Shown here one piece after another: positions 1 to 12,536 of a DNA stretch of 64,000 nucleotides. Origin of the DNA: Octopus sinensis (taxonomy: Eukaryota); NCBI RefSeq assembly GCF_006345805.1, contig NC_043004.1:56978001-57042000 (forward strand), written 5' to 3'. Numbering within the stretch: the stretch's first letter is position 1; each line of letters begins with the position of its first letter. Below the pieces are notes generated by a model. It searched no databases. It saw only the letters and a program-made list of their open reading frames with translations, and was not told the origin of the DNA. A program made the position numbers and the translations under genes.

Positions 1-1339
1 CTCCGCATAAAATGCTATTTACATTTATATTTCTCTTGTATTGTGCTGATAAAGGAAAAGGCCAGTTTTATGGCTTTAATCTAGAAATTGGACCCAATTC
101 ACAATTGTCGTGAAGAGTTTTTAATGTTTTTTCACTCGCTCATTTATAATCAGGAAATATTTCTGGCGTTTTTCTGTAGTATCTGAATGCCTCAACATAC
201 AAGCATGTTGGAGATAGGTCGTCTTTTTTCAACCTTGCTCCCTTAGTACAATTATATACATACACGTATAATTATTTATTTAATGTTTAAATTACCTATA
301 AATTTTTATTGTGTGCTGACTACCTGATCAAAATTGTTAATGTGATTTTGTCCTTATATACTAATATGAATTAATAAATAGTATATATATGCATGTATAT
401 ATGTGTGTATGCATGTGTATATATATATATACATGTAAATATATATGTATGTGTGTGTGTGTAAATAATTTGGTTTACAATTTGTCTTGTAGATCGAAGA
501 ATATATGAAGACACTTGGCTAAGATGAGTGTTCAATAGGTGTGTTCGATTGATGGGTACATAAATATAACAAACTATTCAGATCATCGTTATTTGAATTG
601 TGTTTTCTGTCCAATATTAAATTTCCTGATATCGGGATTGAGGTACACAGTAGCCTTAATTTCCTAAATAAAATATCTTGTAGTCTTTTCCTGTTGGGAG
701 TCGTAGTTTACGTCAAAATAGATGAAGTGCTGCTTAAGTATCAGCTCTGTCTAAATAAATGTTTTACATTTCGTCTCGTACCAGTGGAAGAGACAATTGT
801 CCGCAAGCGCTTTGTTTAAATTCATCTTAATGAATCTGTTTATTGTGCGTTCAAAGAAACAAGTTTAGTAGAAAATATTGTCATTTTTTGCTTGTACTAA
901 TGAACACGGTTTTTATTCTGTATTCGTATCCTCTTCTTACCAAAACATATCTCATAGTACAGAATCCTATCTGTTATTCAAACTTGTCCACAAATGCAAA
1001 TTACTCTGTATAAAATAAATTATTTTAACTTCAAACAGCTACCAATATTCTAAATGAATTTGCCTAAAATTATGTTCGAATATAATTGTATCTGAACCGG
1101 GAGTTTGCTGAATATAGCAAGAAAGACAAATGACCACCGTATCTCTTTCCTCACGCCTATTGTAATATTATATTGTTGCTGTTCTTCAGCCACATTATGG
1201 ACCAAATCGAGTAAACGAGAGATCAAAAGTAACGAAGCCAATACCATGGCGGTGTTGTTTTAAAAGGATATTGAATATGCGTTATATAATCTAATTTTTT
1301 TTCTTTATCAAGACGGTAGCTGTATTTGCAAGAGAAATT

Positions 1340-1515
1340 GGGGTACTATTTCATTCCTACTAAACCGAATCAATGCAATAACGCAGCGTTGTTCAGCCGT
1401 TTAGACAACGGTTCAGCTGAGAGCAAGCCACATAATGTCCAAACAGATATATCTAAAAAGATGGGACAAAAGCAATGAGAGAGAGAGAGAGTGACTGAGG
1501 AAAATAGAGAGATAT
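1340..1515 (+). repeat. Unclassified dispersed repeat, copy 1 (second copy inverted at about 28865-29056)
   Basis: ggggtactatttcattcctactaaaccgaatcaatgcaataac...ataatgtccaaacagata...gagagagag aligns by eye with the reverse complement of 28865-29056. Confidence 0.75.
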
Positions 1516-2073
1516 CAGGAGAGCAAGAATGGTGACATAGCTATTCTGAAAGACTAGTTAAGGACGCTTTTAGTCATCAAAACTACATTTAAGGTAGTAG
1601 TGAATTCCAATTCCTCTATGATTCACCTATAGTGCATGTCTGTACACGAGAAAAAAAAACTGAAATATATAGCTAAATTCACTTGGAGGAGACTATTCTG
1701 CTAATGAGTAACAGCAACAAAAATATTGATTGTGCTTACAAGATCTTTGCCATAAATGTAATTGTCTATAAGGCAAAGAAAAAGAAGATATTAATGAACC
1801 ACTGTGTAGTGTTGAAGGTAAAAACTATACAAAAAGAGATTATTTAATAAGATTCATTAATCAAATGAGAGTCGTATATTTCTAGTAGACAGATTTTTAG
1901 GTAAAGCTATTAATGAACATCTCTAACAATTCACTGCTAAATAGTTGTTTTAGAAGAATATATGGAAATATGAAACCGTGGTAGATAGATGTGCAGCATA
2001 CGCACTAACACGTACATACACGGACATGCATGCGCATAAATACATACATACATACATACATACATACATACAT

Positions 2074-2116
<43 letters not shown>

Positions 2117-2158
2117 TATATATATAAATATATATATAAATATATATATATAAATATA

Positions 2159-2652
2159 TCTATATATATAAAACTGTAGTTGTGTGAGTGTCTGTCCCCT
2201 TCGATTTAGATTCCTAACTACTCCCACATTTTGCGGTGCAGTTTAACCAAATTCGGGTATCTTATAGTCGTGATTCATATCGAGCGCGTCTACGATGAGT
2301 CTACGATTTTAAAAATAATTTAACATAATTTTTTATTCCATTTTAATGCATAATTTTTTGTGTGTCGATGGCGGTGGAGTTGGCGTCCATGGTCACACCT
2401 GCACCTGTTTGCTTCTCCCCCTTCTTCCCTCCCTCGTGAAGCTGTGGGGAAGGGAGTGTAAGGAAATCAACGTCGTAAAGCGTTGTCAAGGAGACCAGCG
2501 TTCTTTTAGAACAACGACTTCATGGCTTGAAGACACCAAAACAGAAATGGCTAAGAAAGCCCGAATTGGCATCTATAAGGGAAGTAACTCTCTAAAAATG
2601 CTTATATAGTTATTTCCCTTACAAACCCGAGCAACGCCGGGCGATACTGCTA

Positions 2653-2653
<1 letters not shown>
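2159..2653 (+). mobile_element. Non-autonomous Helitron-like element
   Basis: Starts A|TC(TATATATATAAAA) and ends CTAG|T, so it sits between A and T. Subterminal GC-rich imperfect hairpin cccgagcaacgccggg at 2626-2641. A second copy with the same termini lies at 47278-47680. Confidence 0.75.
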
Positions 2654-2705
<52 letters not shown>

Positions 2706-2756
2706 ATGTATATTTATATATATATTATAATATATATATAAATAATATATAAATAA

Positions 2757-2808
<52 letters not shown>

Positions 2809-2830
2809 ATTTATATATATATAAATATAT

Positions 2831-3127
2831 AAAGGGTAAAGACCCCCTTCTACCCTCCTAGACACAAGTCCGGCAAGGTTGTTTATGGAAGACCAGCAGT
2901 CGCCCATGCATACCAGCCTCCCCTCTCCACGCCACCAGTGTTATCCAAGGGAAAGACAAAGGCCGATACAGCTTGGCACCTGTGACGTCGCAACTGATTT
3001 CTACAGTTGAGTGAACTGGAGCAACGTGAAATAAAGTGCCTTGCTCAAGAACGCAACACGCAGCCCGGTCCGGGATTCGAGCTCACAACCTCACGATCGT
3101 AAGCTCGACGCTCTAACCACTGAGCCA

Positions 3128-3130
<3 letters not shown>
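2831..3130 (-). mobile_element. tRNA-derived SINE with CORE/Meta-like central domain
   Basis: Minus strand: A box tggctcagtggtt, B-box-like gctcgaatcc, then gttcttgagcaaggcactttatttcacgttgctccagttcactcaactgtagaaat, resembling the CORE/Meta SINE core. Flanked by (TA)n. Confidence 0.7.
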
Positions 3131-3166
<36 letters not shown>

Positions 3167-3211
3167 TTATATTTATAAATATATATATATATATTTATAT
3201 ATATTTATATA

Positions 3212-3249
<38 letters not shown>

Positions 3250-3379
3250 TTATATATATAAATATATATATATAAATATATATATATATTATATATGTAT
3301 ATATATATATGTAGGTCCCGGGTTGATTCGGGGTTAACCACAGTAAATAAGGTACTCGATACATAGCAGAGTAAAATTA

Positions 3380-3519
3380 ATTTATTATATAGAAGGAGCT
3401 TCTACAGGACTAGAACTGTTTCATTCAAGAGAAATCTTCAGGAAGCCCTGGAAGCTCCTGAAGATTTCTCTTGAATGAAACAGTTCTAGTCCTGTAGAAG
3501 CTCCTTCTATATAATAAAT
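3380..3519. repeat. Fold-back palindrome (64-bp arms 3380-3443 and 3456-3519, 12-nt loop) carrying a hammerhead motif
   Basis: The arms are exact reverse complements by direct reading. Confidence 0.95.
3396..3448 (-). ncRNA. Type I hammerhead ribozyme motif (PLE-type)
   Basis: Minus strand: gggcttc-CTGAAGA-tttctcttgaat-GAAA-cag ttctagtc ctg-TA-gaagctc. Helix I 7 bp (one G-U), helix II ttc/gaa, helix III cag/ctg, cleavage after GUA. The mirror copy on + (about 3451-3503) has an imperfect helix I. Confidence 0.7.
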
Positions 3520-3605
3520 ATATATATATATATTTATATATATAAATATATATATATATATATACATTTATATATATATAAATAATATATAAATATATTA
3601 TATAG

Positions 3606-4030
3606 TTTTTTGCTGTTTTTACTGTTTTTACTGTTTTTACTGTTTTTACTTGTTTCAGTCATTTGACTGCGGCCATGCTGGAGCACCGCCTTTAGTCGAG
3701 CAAATCGACCCCGGGACTTATTCTTTGTAAGCCCAGTACTTATTCTATCGGTCTCTTTTGCCGAACCGCTAAGGGACGGGGACGTAAACACACTGGCATC
3801 GGTTGTCAAGCAATGCTAGGGGGACAAACACAGACACACAAACACACACATATATATACATATATACGACAGGCTTCTTTCAGTTTCCGTCTACCAAATC
3901 CACTCACAAGGCATTGGTCGGCCCGGGGCTATAGCAGAAGACACTTGCCCAAGATGCCACGCAGTAGGACTGAACCCGGAGCCATGTGGTTGGTTAGCAA
4001 GCTACTTACCACACAGCCACTCCTGCGCCT
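3606..4030 (-). mobile_element. tRNA-derived SINE, family 1 (3' end shared with CR1-like LINE A)
   Basis: Minus strand: head ggcgcaggagtggctgtgtggtaag...ccgggttcagtcc (A/B boxes), body, 3' end ggcggtgctccagcatggccgcagtcaaatgactgaaac plus (GTAAAAACA)n tail. Four or more copies in the window. Confidence 0.9.
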
Positions 4031-4070
4031 ATATATATATAAATATATATATAAATATATATATAAATAT

Positions 4071-5350
<1,280 letters not shown>

Positions 5351-5354
5351 ATAC

Positions 5355-5392
<38 letters not shown>

Positions 5393-5669
5393 TATATATA
5401 TACACATAAATATATATATATATATATACATAAATATATATATATAATATACATAACTATATATATATATAATACATAAATATATATATATATACATAAA
5501 TATATAATATATTATATACATATATATATATATATATACATAAATATATATATATATATAGCTACATAAATATATATATATATAATAAATACATAATAAT
5601 ATATATATATATAAATAAATATGTATATATATATATACATAAATATATATATATATATATATAAAAACA

Positions 5670-5704
<35 letters not shown>

Positions 5705-5793
5705 GCCAATCAAACAAGTCCATTTATTTTTAAAGGTGTAGCGTTTGTAAGAGTATAGATTGAATTAATATATAAGTTCCATTCTAGCAAAAA

Positions 5794-5831
5794 CTGTCTG
5801 ATGAACGGCAACGAGAAACTCAGAGTAACAG
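5794..5831 (+). ncRNA. Type I minimal hammerhead ribozyme motif
   Basis: ctgt-CTGATGA-a cg gcaa cg a-GAAA-ctc a gag-TA-acag. Canonical core, helix I ctgt/acag (extendable aaa/ttt), GNRA-capped helix II with an A-A mismatch at its base. Confidence 0.75.
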
Positions 5832-5914
5832 ATTTGTTGAATTTTCTGCTGCTTAAAATAAGTATATATACATAAATATATATATAATATATATATTTAT
5901 ATATCTACAAAAAT

Positions 5915-5970
<56 letters not shown>

Positions 5971-6088
5971 CATAAATATATATATACATAATATATATAT
6001 ATATATACTACATAAATTATATATATATATACATAAATATATGTATATATATATACAAAATATATATATATATACATATATATAAATA

Positions 6089-6389
6089 AATTTTTGAGAC
6101 AAAACAACTATTTGCAAAACAAACAAGGAAAGACTTAATCAATACATAAATTAATAAATAGTCAAAAAACCGCCACTACAATCGTTTCTTGTCTTGATCG
6201 ACAATCTTCAGGTGACTTCAATAATTCAGTTACAAATTCATATTTGTAACTGAATTATTGGAAGTCCACCTGAAGATTGTCGATCAAGACAAGAACGATT
6301 GTAGTGGCGGTTTTTTGACTATTATTAAATTTTATGTATTGATTAAGTCTTTCCTTGTTTGTTTGCAAAATAGTGGTTTTGTCTCAAAT
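6089..6389. repeat. Fold-back palindrome (about 150-bp arms, centre about 6240) carrying a hammerhead motif
   Basis: gagacaaaacaactatttgc...cagttacaaat is mirrored by atttgtaactg...gcaaaatagtggttttgtctc with a few indels and mismatches. Confidence 0.9.
6173..6215 (-). ncRNA. Type I hammerhead ribozyme motif
   Basis: Minus strand: tcac-CTGAAGA-ttgtc gatcaa gacaa-GAAA-c gatt g-TA-gtgg. Helix II 5 bp. The mirror copy at 6266-6307 (+) has GAA instead of GAAA. Confidence 0.75.
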
Positions 6390-6503
6390 AATATTTATAA
6401 TATTTTACTATAAAATTGGATTTAATCCTAAATCTGATTTTTTCCCTGTAAATTTGGATATATTCCCTAATATTTATTATTATACTATATTATATATATA
6501 TAC

Positions 6504-6546
<43 letters not shown>

Positions 6547-6562
6547 AAATATATCTATATAC

Positions 6563-6597
<35 letters not shown>

Positions 6598-6625
6598 AAT
6601 ATATATGTATATATACATAAATATA

Positions 6626-8306
6626 TGATTGATTGATTGATTGATTGATTCTAGTTTCAGCTTATGAGCTGTGGCCATGCTGGGGCACCGCCATTTGGTG
6701 CTGCTACTTGGTTTCACTTCATGGAGGCTTTCTAGCAACTGCTATTTGGTGCATGAGAGAGTTCGATGCAGCTGCCCTCATCTGCCCCTCCTGCAGTGAA
6801 GTTGGTTCATCTGGGACACCTGATAGGAAGAGATCCAGCTTCATTTTAATGACATCTGTATCCACCCCATGCAGGTCTCTCAGGTTCTTCGGGAGGATAT
6901 TGAAGAGCTGTGGGCCTCGAAGCCCAAGCTATCACAGAATCTTGTCCTACATCTTGATGGCAGGTTTGGAGTCCTAGGCACCAGGCAGTGGCGCCCAGTT
7001 CTGGCATTTGCGTAACTCTCGATGCCAAAGTTCAGACACTTCCCTCCAGATCTTCCAGATGTATATTATGGCATATCTTTCCCGCCTACGCTCCAGGAAT
7101 ATAATTTTAATCTCTTGAGTCTTTCCCAGTAGCTTACATTCTGCATAGAGGTTATCTTCTTCGTGTAGCTTCGTTGGATCGCCTCATGTTCTGTGATCAA
7201 CTTGACACTGGAGGGTGACAATAGCTGAGAGCAATAGTCAAAGTGGCTTAGGACAGTGTCTTCCAGAGGACCATCATGGTTTCTTGTTCTCTGTTCTAAA
7301 GGTTCTAAGAATCCATCCAGCCAGCCGTCTGCATTTCATTGTCAGTTTAGCAACATGTACATGAAAGGTCGCGTAGTCACTCATGTGAATACCAGGTCAC
7401 GCACTGATTGTGCCTCTGGGATTGCAATCCCTCCGGGTCCAGTGTATTCCTTGGTATTGCATTCAGTTTTGCATGTGATAGTATAAAGCTTGAAACTTTT
7501 CAGCATTGAACTGCATGCTATTCTTTTCAGCCACTTGTATATTTCGTCCAGCTCATATTGCAGGTGCCTAGTGTCTTCAGGGTTCTGTATTGCCTGTGAA
7601 ACTTTTTAATCATCTGCATAACTTGTGATCGTGGCTCTCCGCGTGGCTGAGGGCAAGTCTGAGAGGGCCATTATGAACAGTAGTGGTCCCAAAACAGTGC
7701 CCTGTGGAACACCGCTCACTATTTGCGTGCTAATGGAAGTGGCCCCATTGGCTACTACCACCTGACTTCTATTCATCAGAAGTCGTGAAGCCATTCTCCT
7801 AGTTTTCCAACTATGCCAAGATCACGCAGTTTGTGACATATCATTCCATGATCGACTTTATCGAAGGCCTTTGCGAAGTCGAGATATTCACTTCCACATT
7901 TGAGTGGTTGAGCAGTTGTTTCAGCACCCAGTCATAGTGCTGCAGGAGCTGAGTTAAGCAGCTTCTTCCTGGTCGGAAACCATGTTGGGTGTCAGGCGGC
8001 AAGTCATTTCTTCAAGGAAGGTGATTAGTTTCCTTCTGACTATTCGTTCCATGACCTTGCTGATGTGTGAGGTCAGAGAGAGGTCTGTAGTTCTTGGCCA
8101 CCGCTCTGCTACCTCCTTTATGAATAGGGCATATTTTACCTTCCTTCAGTTTTCTTGGAAGTTTGCCAGCTGCAAGGAAGCTCTGAAAGAGGAACTGCAG
8201 TGGTCTTGCTAAGACTCTCTTACATACTTTTAGGAGGATTGCCGGGAATCCATCGGGACCAATAGCTGAGTCTATTTTCATTTCATCTATAGCCTTTATT
8301 ACATCG
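6626..8306 (-). mobile_element. CR1-like LINE family A, 5'-truncated copy 1 (RT half plus 3' end)
   Basis: (ATCA)n tail at 6626-6650. RT motifs SGVPQGTVLGPLLF, YADD and NYRP, several frameshifts. 5' end fused to copy 2 at 8306/8307. Confidence 0.9.
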
Positions 8307-9310
8307 GCTGCCCTCATCTGCCCCTCCTGCCGTGAAGTTGGTTCATCTGGGACACCTGAGAGGAAGAGATCCAGCTTCATTTTAAAGACATCTGTATCCA
8401 CCCCATGCAGGTCTCTCAGGTTCTTCGGGAGGATATTGAAGAGCTGTGGGCCTCGGAAGCCCAGGCTATCACAGAATCTTGTCCTACATCTTGATGGCAG
8501 GTCTGGAGTCCTAGGCACTACGCAGTGGCGCCCAGTTCTGGCATTTGCATAACTCTCGATGCCAAAGTTCAGGACACTTCCCTCCAGGATCTTCCAGATG
8601 TATATTATGGCTTATCTTTCCCGCCTACGCTCCAGGGAATATAATTTTAATCTCTTGAGTCTTTCCCAGTAGCTTACATTCTGCATACTGGTTATCTTCT
8701 TCGTGTAGCTTCGTTGGATCGCCTCATGTTCTGTGATCAACTTGACACTGGATGGTGACAATAGCTGAGAGCAATAGTCAAAGTGGCTTAGGACAAGTGT
8801 CTTCCAGAGGACCATCATGTTCTCTTGTTCTAAGGGTTCTAAGAATCCATCCAGCCAGCCGTCTACATTTCATTGTCAGTTTAGCAACATGTACATGAAA
8901 GGTCGCGTCATCACTCATGTGAATACCCAGGTCACGCACGGATTGGGCCTAGGGATTGCAATCCCTCCGGGTCCAGTGATTCATTGGGTATTGCATTCAG
9001 TTTTGCATGCTGATAGTATAAAGCTTGAAACTTTCCAGCATTGAACTGCATGCTTTCTTTTCAGCCCACTTGTATATTTCGGTCCAGCTCACATTGCAGG
9101 TGTTTAGTGACCTCAGGGTTCTGTATGGCTGTGAAACTTTTGTATAACATCTGATAACTTGTGATCGTGGCCTCTCTGCGTGGCTGAGGGCATGTCTAAG
9201 AGGGCCATTATGAACAGTAGTGGTCCCAGAACAGTGCCCTGCGGAACACCGCTCACTAGTTGTGTGTTAATGGAGGTGGCCCCATTAGCTTACTACCACC
9301 TGACTTCTAT
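8307..9310 (-). mobile_element. CR1-like LINE family A, copy 2 (tandem partial copy running into the gap)
   Basis: Same RT C-terminal sequence (SHFDYCSQLLSP...YWERLKRLKLYSLERRRER). Indel-rich and ends at the N-run. Confidence 0.85.
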
Positions 9311-9410
9311 NNNNNNNNNNNNNNNNNNNNNNNNNNNNNNNNNNNNNNNNNNNNNNNNNNNNNNNNNNNNNNNNNNNNNNNNNNNNNNNNNNNNNNNNNN
9401 NNNNNNNNNN
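9311..9410. other. Assembly gap (100 N)
   Basis: Run of N. Confidence 1.
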
Positions 9411-9436
9411 GCCATTTGGTGTTGCTACTTGATTTC

Positions 9437-12400
9437 ACTTCACAGAGCTTTCTAGCAACTGCCATTTGGTGCATGAGAGAGTTCGATGCAGCTGCCCTCA
9501 TCTGCCCCTCCTGCCGTGAAGTTGGTTCATCTGGGACACCTGACAGGAAGAGATCTGCTTCATTTTAAAGACATTTGCATCCACCCCATGCAGGTCTCTC
9601 AGGTTCTTCGGAGGATATGAAGAGCTTGTGGGCCTCTGAAGCCCAGGCTATCACAGAATCTTGTCCTACATCTTGATGGCAAGTTTTTGAGTCCTAGGCA
9701 CCACGCAGTGGCGCCCGGTTCTGGCATTTGCGTAACTCTCGATGCCAAAGTTCAGGACACGTCCCTCCAGGATCTTCCATGTATGTATTATGGCATATCT
9801 TTCCCGCCTACGCTCCAGGGAATATAGTTTTAATCTCTTGAGTCTTTCCCAGTAGCTTACATTCTGCATAGAGGCTATCTTCTTCGTGTAGCTACGTTGG
9901 ATCGCCTCGAGCTCTGTGATCAACTTGACACTGGATGGTGACCATAACTGAGAGCAGTAGTCAATGTGGCTTAGGACAAGTGTCCTCCAGAGGACCATCA
10001 TGGTTTCTTGTTCTCTTGTTCTAAAGGTTCTGAGGATCCATCCGGCCAGTCGTCTACATTTCATTGCCAATTTAGCAACATGTACACGAAAGGTCGCGTC
10101 ATCACTCATGTAAATACCTAGGTCACGCACTGATTGTGCTTCTGGGATTGCTATTTCCCCGGGTCCAGTGTATTCATTGGGTATTGCATTTAGTTTTGCA
10201 TGCTGATAGTATAGAGCTTGAAACTTTCAGCATTGAACTGCATGCTATTCTTTTCGCCCCACTTGTATATTTTGTCTAGCTCACATTGCAGGTGTTTAGT
10301 GTCCTCAGGATTCTGTATTGCCTGTGAAACTTTTGTATCATCTGCATAACTTGTGATCGTGGCTCTCTGCGTGGCTGAGGGCATGCCTGAGAGGGCCATT
10401 ATGAACAGTAGTGGTCCCAGAACAGTGCCCTGTGGAACACCGCTCACTATTTGCGTGTTAATGGAAGTGGCCCCATTGGCCACTACCACCTGACTTCTAT
10501 CTTTCAGAAAATCATGAAGCCATTCTCCCAGTTTTGCAACTATGTTGAGATCACACAGTTTGTGACATATCATTCCATGATCGACTTTACCAAAGGCCTT
10601 TGCAAAGTCGAGATATATCACTTCCACACTTGAGTGGTTGAGCAGCCGTTTCAGCACCCAGTCATAGTGTTGTAGGAGCTGAGTTAAACAGCTTCTCCCT
10701 GGTCGGAAACCATGTTGGGTGTCGGGCAGCAAGTCATTCTCTTCAAGGACGGTGATCAGCTTCCTTCTGACTATTCGTTCCATGACCTTGCTGATGTGTG
10801 AGGTCAGAGAGATAGGTCTATAGTTCTTGGCTTCCGCTGTGCTACTTCCTTTATGAATGGGGCATATTTTACCTTCCTTCAGTTTTCTTGGAAGTTTGCC
10901 AGCTGCAGGAAGCTCTGAAAGAGGACTGCAGTGGTCTTGCTAGGACTCTCTTACATGCTTTAGGAGGATTGCCGGGAATCCATCGGGGCCAGTAGCTGAG
11001 TCTGTTTTCATTTCATCTATAGCCTTGGTTACATCGTCTTCCTTTATATCGATGTAATCTATCGTCGCCGCCTCTGATTTTATATCTGCAGTGGTAAAAA
11101 AGTCAGTTGGATTGGTGATTTGGAGATGCCCAAGGGGTGGAGTGAAAACACTCTTGAATTGCTCATTCAGTATTTCACTTACCCTCATTGGTTTTCCTGT
11201 AAGTGTGCCATCCTTTTCGAGGAGTGGCCCTATTCTACAGTGTACCGTAGCTGTTTCTTTTGCATACCTGTAGAAAGCTCTGGGGTTAGATTTTATGTTG
11301 TCTATAGCCCAGGCTTCTTTGTCTGCTCTTTCCTTTTCATGGGAGAGTTGTAGACATTTTTCGATTTCCAACAGTTTTATTTTTAGGCGGGACTTTTCAC
11401 TGCTTTCAATCTGTTTGTTTAGGCGATTTGAAAAATTTGTACGCCGTCTCATTAAAATTTTCCTCTCTCTGGGGATTTTGTTCTTGTGTACAGTAGCCTT
11501 TCTCTCTGGGACACATTTGTAGCATATGGCTTGCATTACAGACATGAATTGTTGAAGTTTGACGTCGATGTCTGGCGAGGAGAGACATTTAGGCCAGTTT
11601 TGTTTGAGGATCTCTTTCTCAATTTGTTTCCAGTTTGCCTTATGGTAGTTCAGGCTGGAAAGATTCTGAGGGTTTCTTGTAGGCTGCATGTCCGTGCTCT
11701 CTTTTGGCCCGTACATGGTCAGCTCTATCATGTTGTGATCCGAGAGTAGTGTCGGTGTCACTTTCACATTATGGATGAGATCCATGTCATTTGTGAAGCA
11801 GAGATCCAGTGTGTTACCTGCCCAGGTTGGTTGGAGTATTACCTGCACCATGTACAGGTGTTGATGAGGTTCAGAGGGACCTCGCCTGTCCTCGTTCACA
11901 TCTTGTCATTCCTGGGAGAGAAAGGCCCTCGGGCCATCTGACATTGGGCAGATTGAAGTCTCCCATAAGAAGTACACTTATGTGTTGTTCTAATGTGGTT
12001 AGAACTTCTCCTATTTTTATAAGGCAGTCTTCAAACTTGCCCACATAGCTTGGGGCATCTGGAGGGCGATATGTAGCACACACAACTACATCTAGATGCC
12101 TAATATGTACAATTAGTGTGTCACACACCGAGTTTGAGTATGACAAGAGGAGCTGGGGTGTGAGGTCCCCACGGATGTACATAGCAACACCTCCATGACT
12201 CCTTTCTTTCCTGTCGGTCCGTAGTACAGCATACTGTGGTATGTGTAACTCCGCATCTGCTATATCCGGTTTCAGGTGCGTTTCCGTAAGTGCTATGCAT
12301 AAGGCTTGATTGCATGCAACAAAGTCTCTCAGGAACGGGATTTTTGTCCTGTTACTGATTGTTTGCAGTCCTCTGATGTTCAGTAGGAGCATCGAGGTGA

Positions 12401-12536
12401 GGTGTACGTTGTTGCCGGCGGTGTCCATCCTGGGTCTGTTTGCTCTGTTGGCCTGGTATATAGTGGGTAGTCCCACCTGCGGGCTTGGGTTTGATGAAGC
12501 CAGGTCAGCTGCTGTACAATCTTTTGTGCCATGCAC
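9437..12536 (-). pseudogene. LINE A ORF2 (APE endonuclease plus reverse transcriptase), frameshifted
   Basis: Pieced from ORFs 11871-12536, 10940-11899, 10190-10783, 9666-10130 and 9307-9501, separated by single-base indels. Confidence 0.9.

Noticed and set aside
500-1260. Decayed minus-strand coding sequence (RTINRFIKMNLNKALADNCLFHWYETKCK...)
   Set aside because: Many stops and no recognisable motif; cannot be assigned without a search.
6490-6738. ORF2 reading through the 3' stem-loop into the tail
   Set aside because: Copies 1 and 4 both stop after K-x-x (KPP*, KHQ*). The apparent read-through in copy 3 comes from a one-base deletion next to the gap.
8307-9500. Treating copies 2 and 3 as a pure scaffolding duplicate across the gap
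   Set aside because: They differ at diagnostic sites (L/W, F/I, H/L) where copy 2 agrees with copy 1, so they are not the same sequence. Local mis-assembly is still possible.
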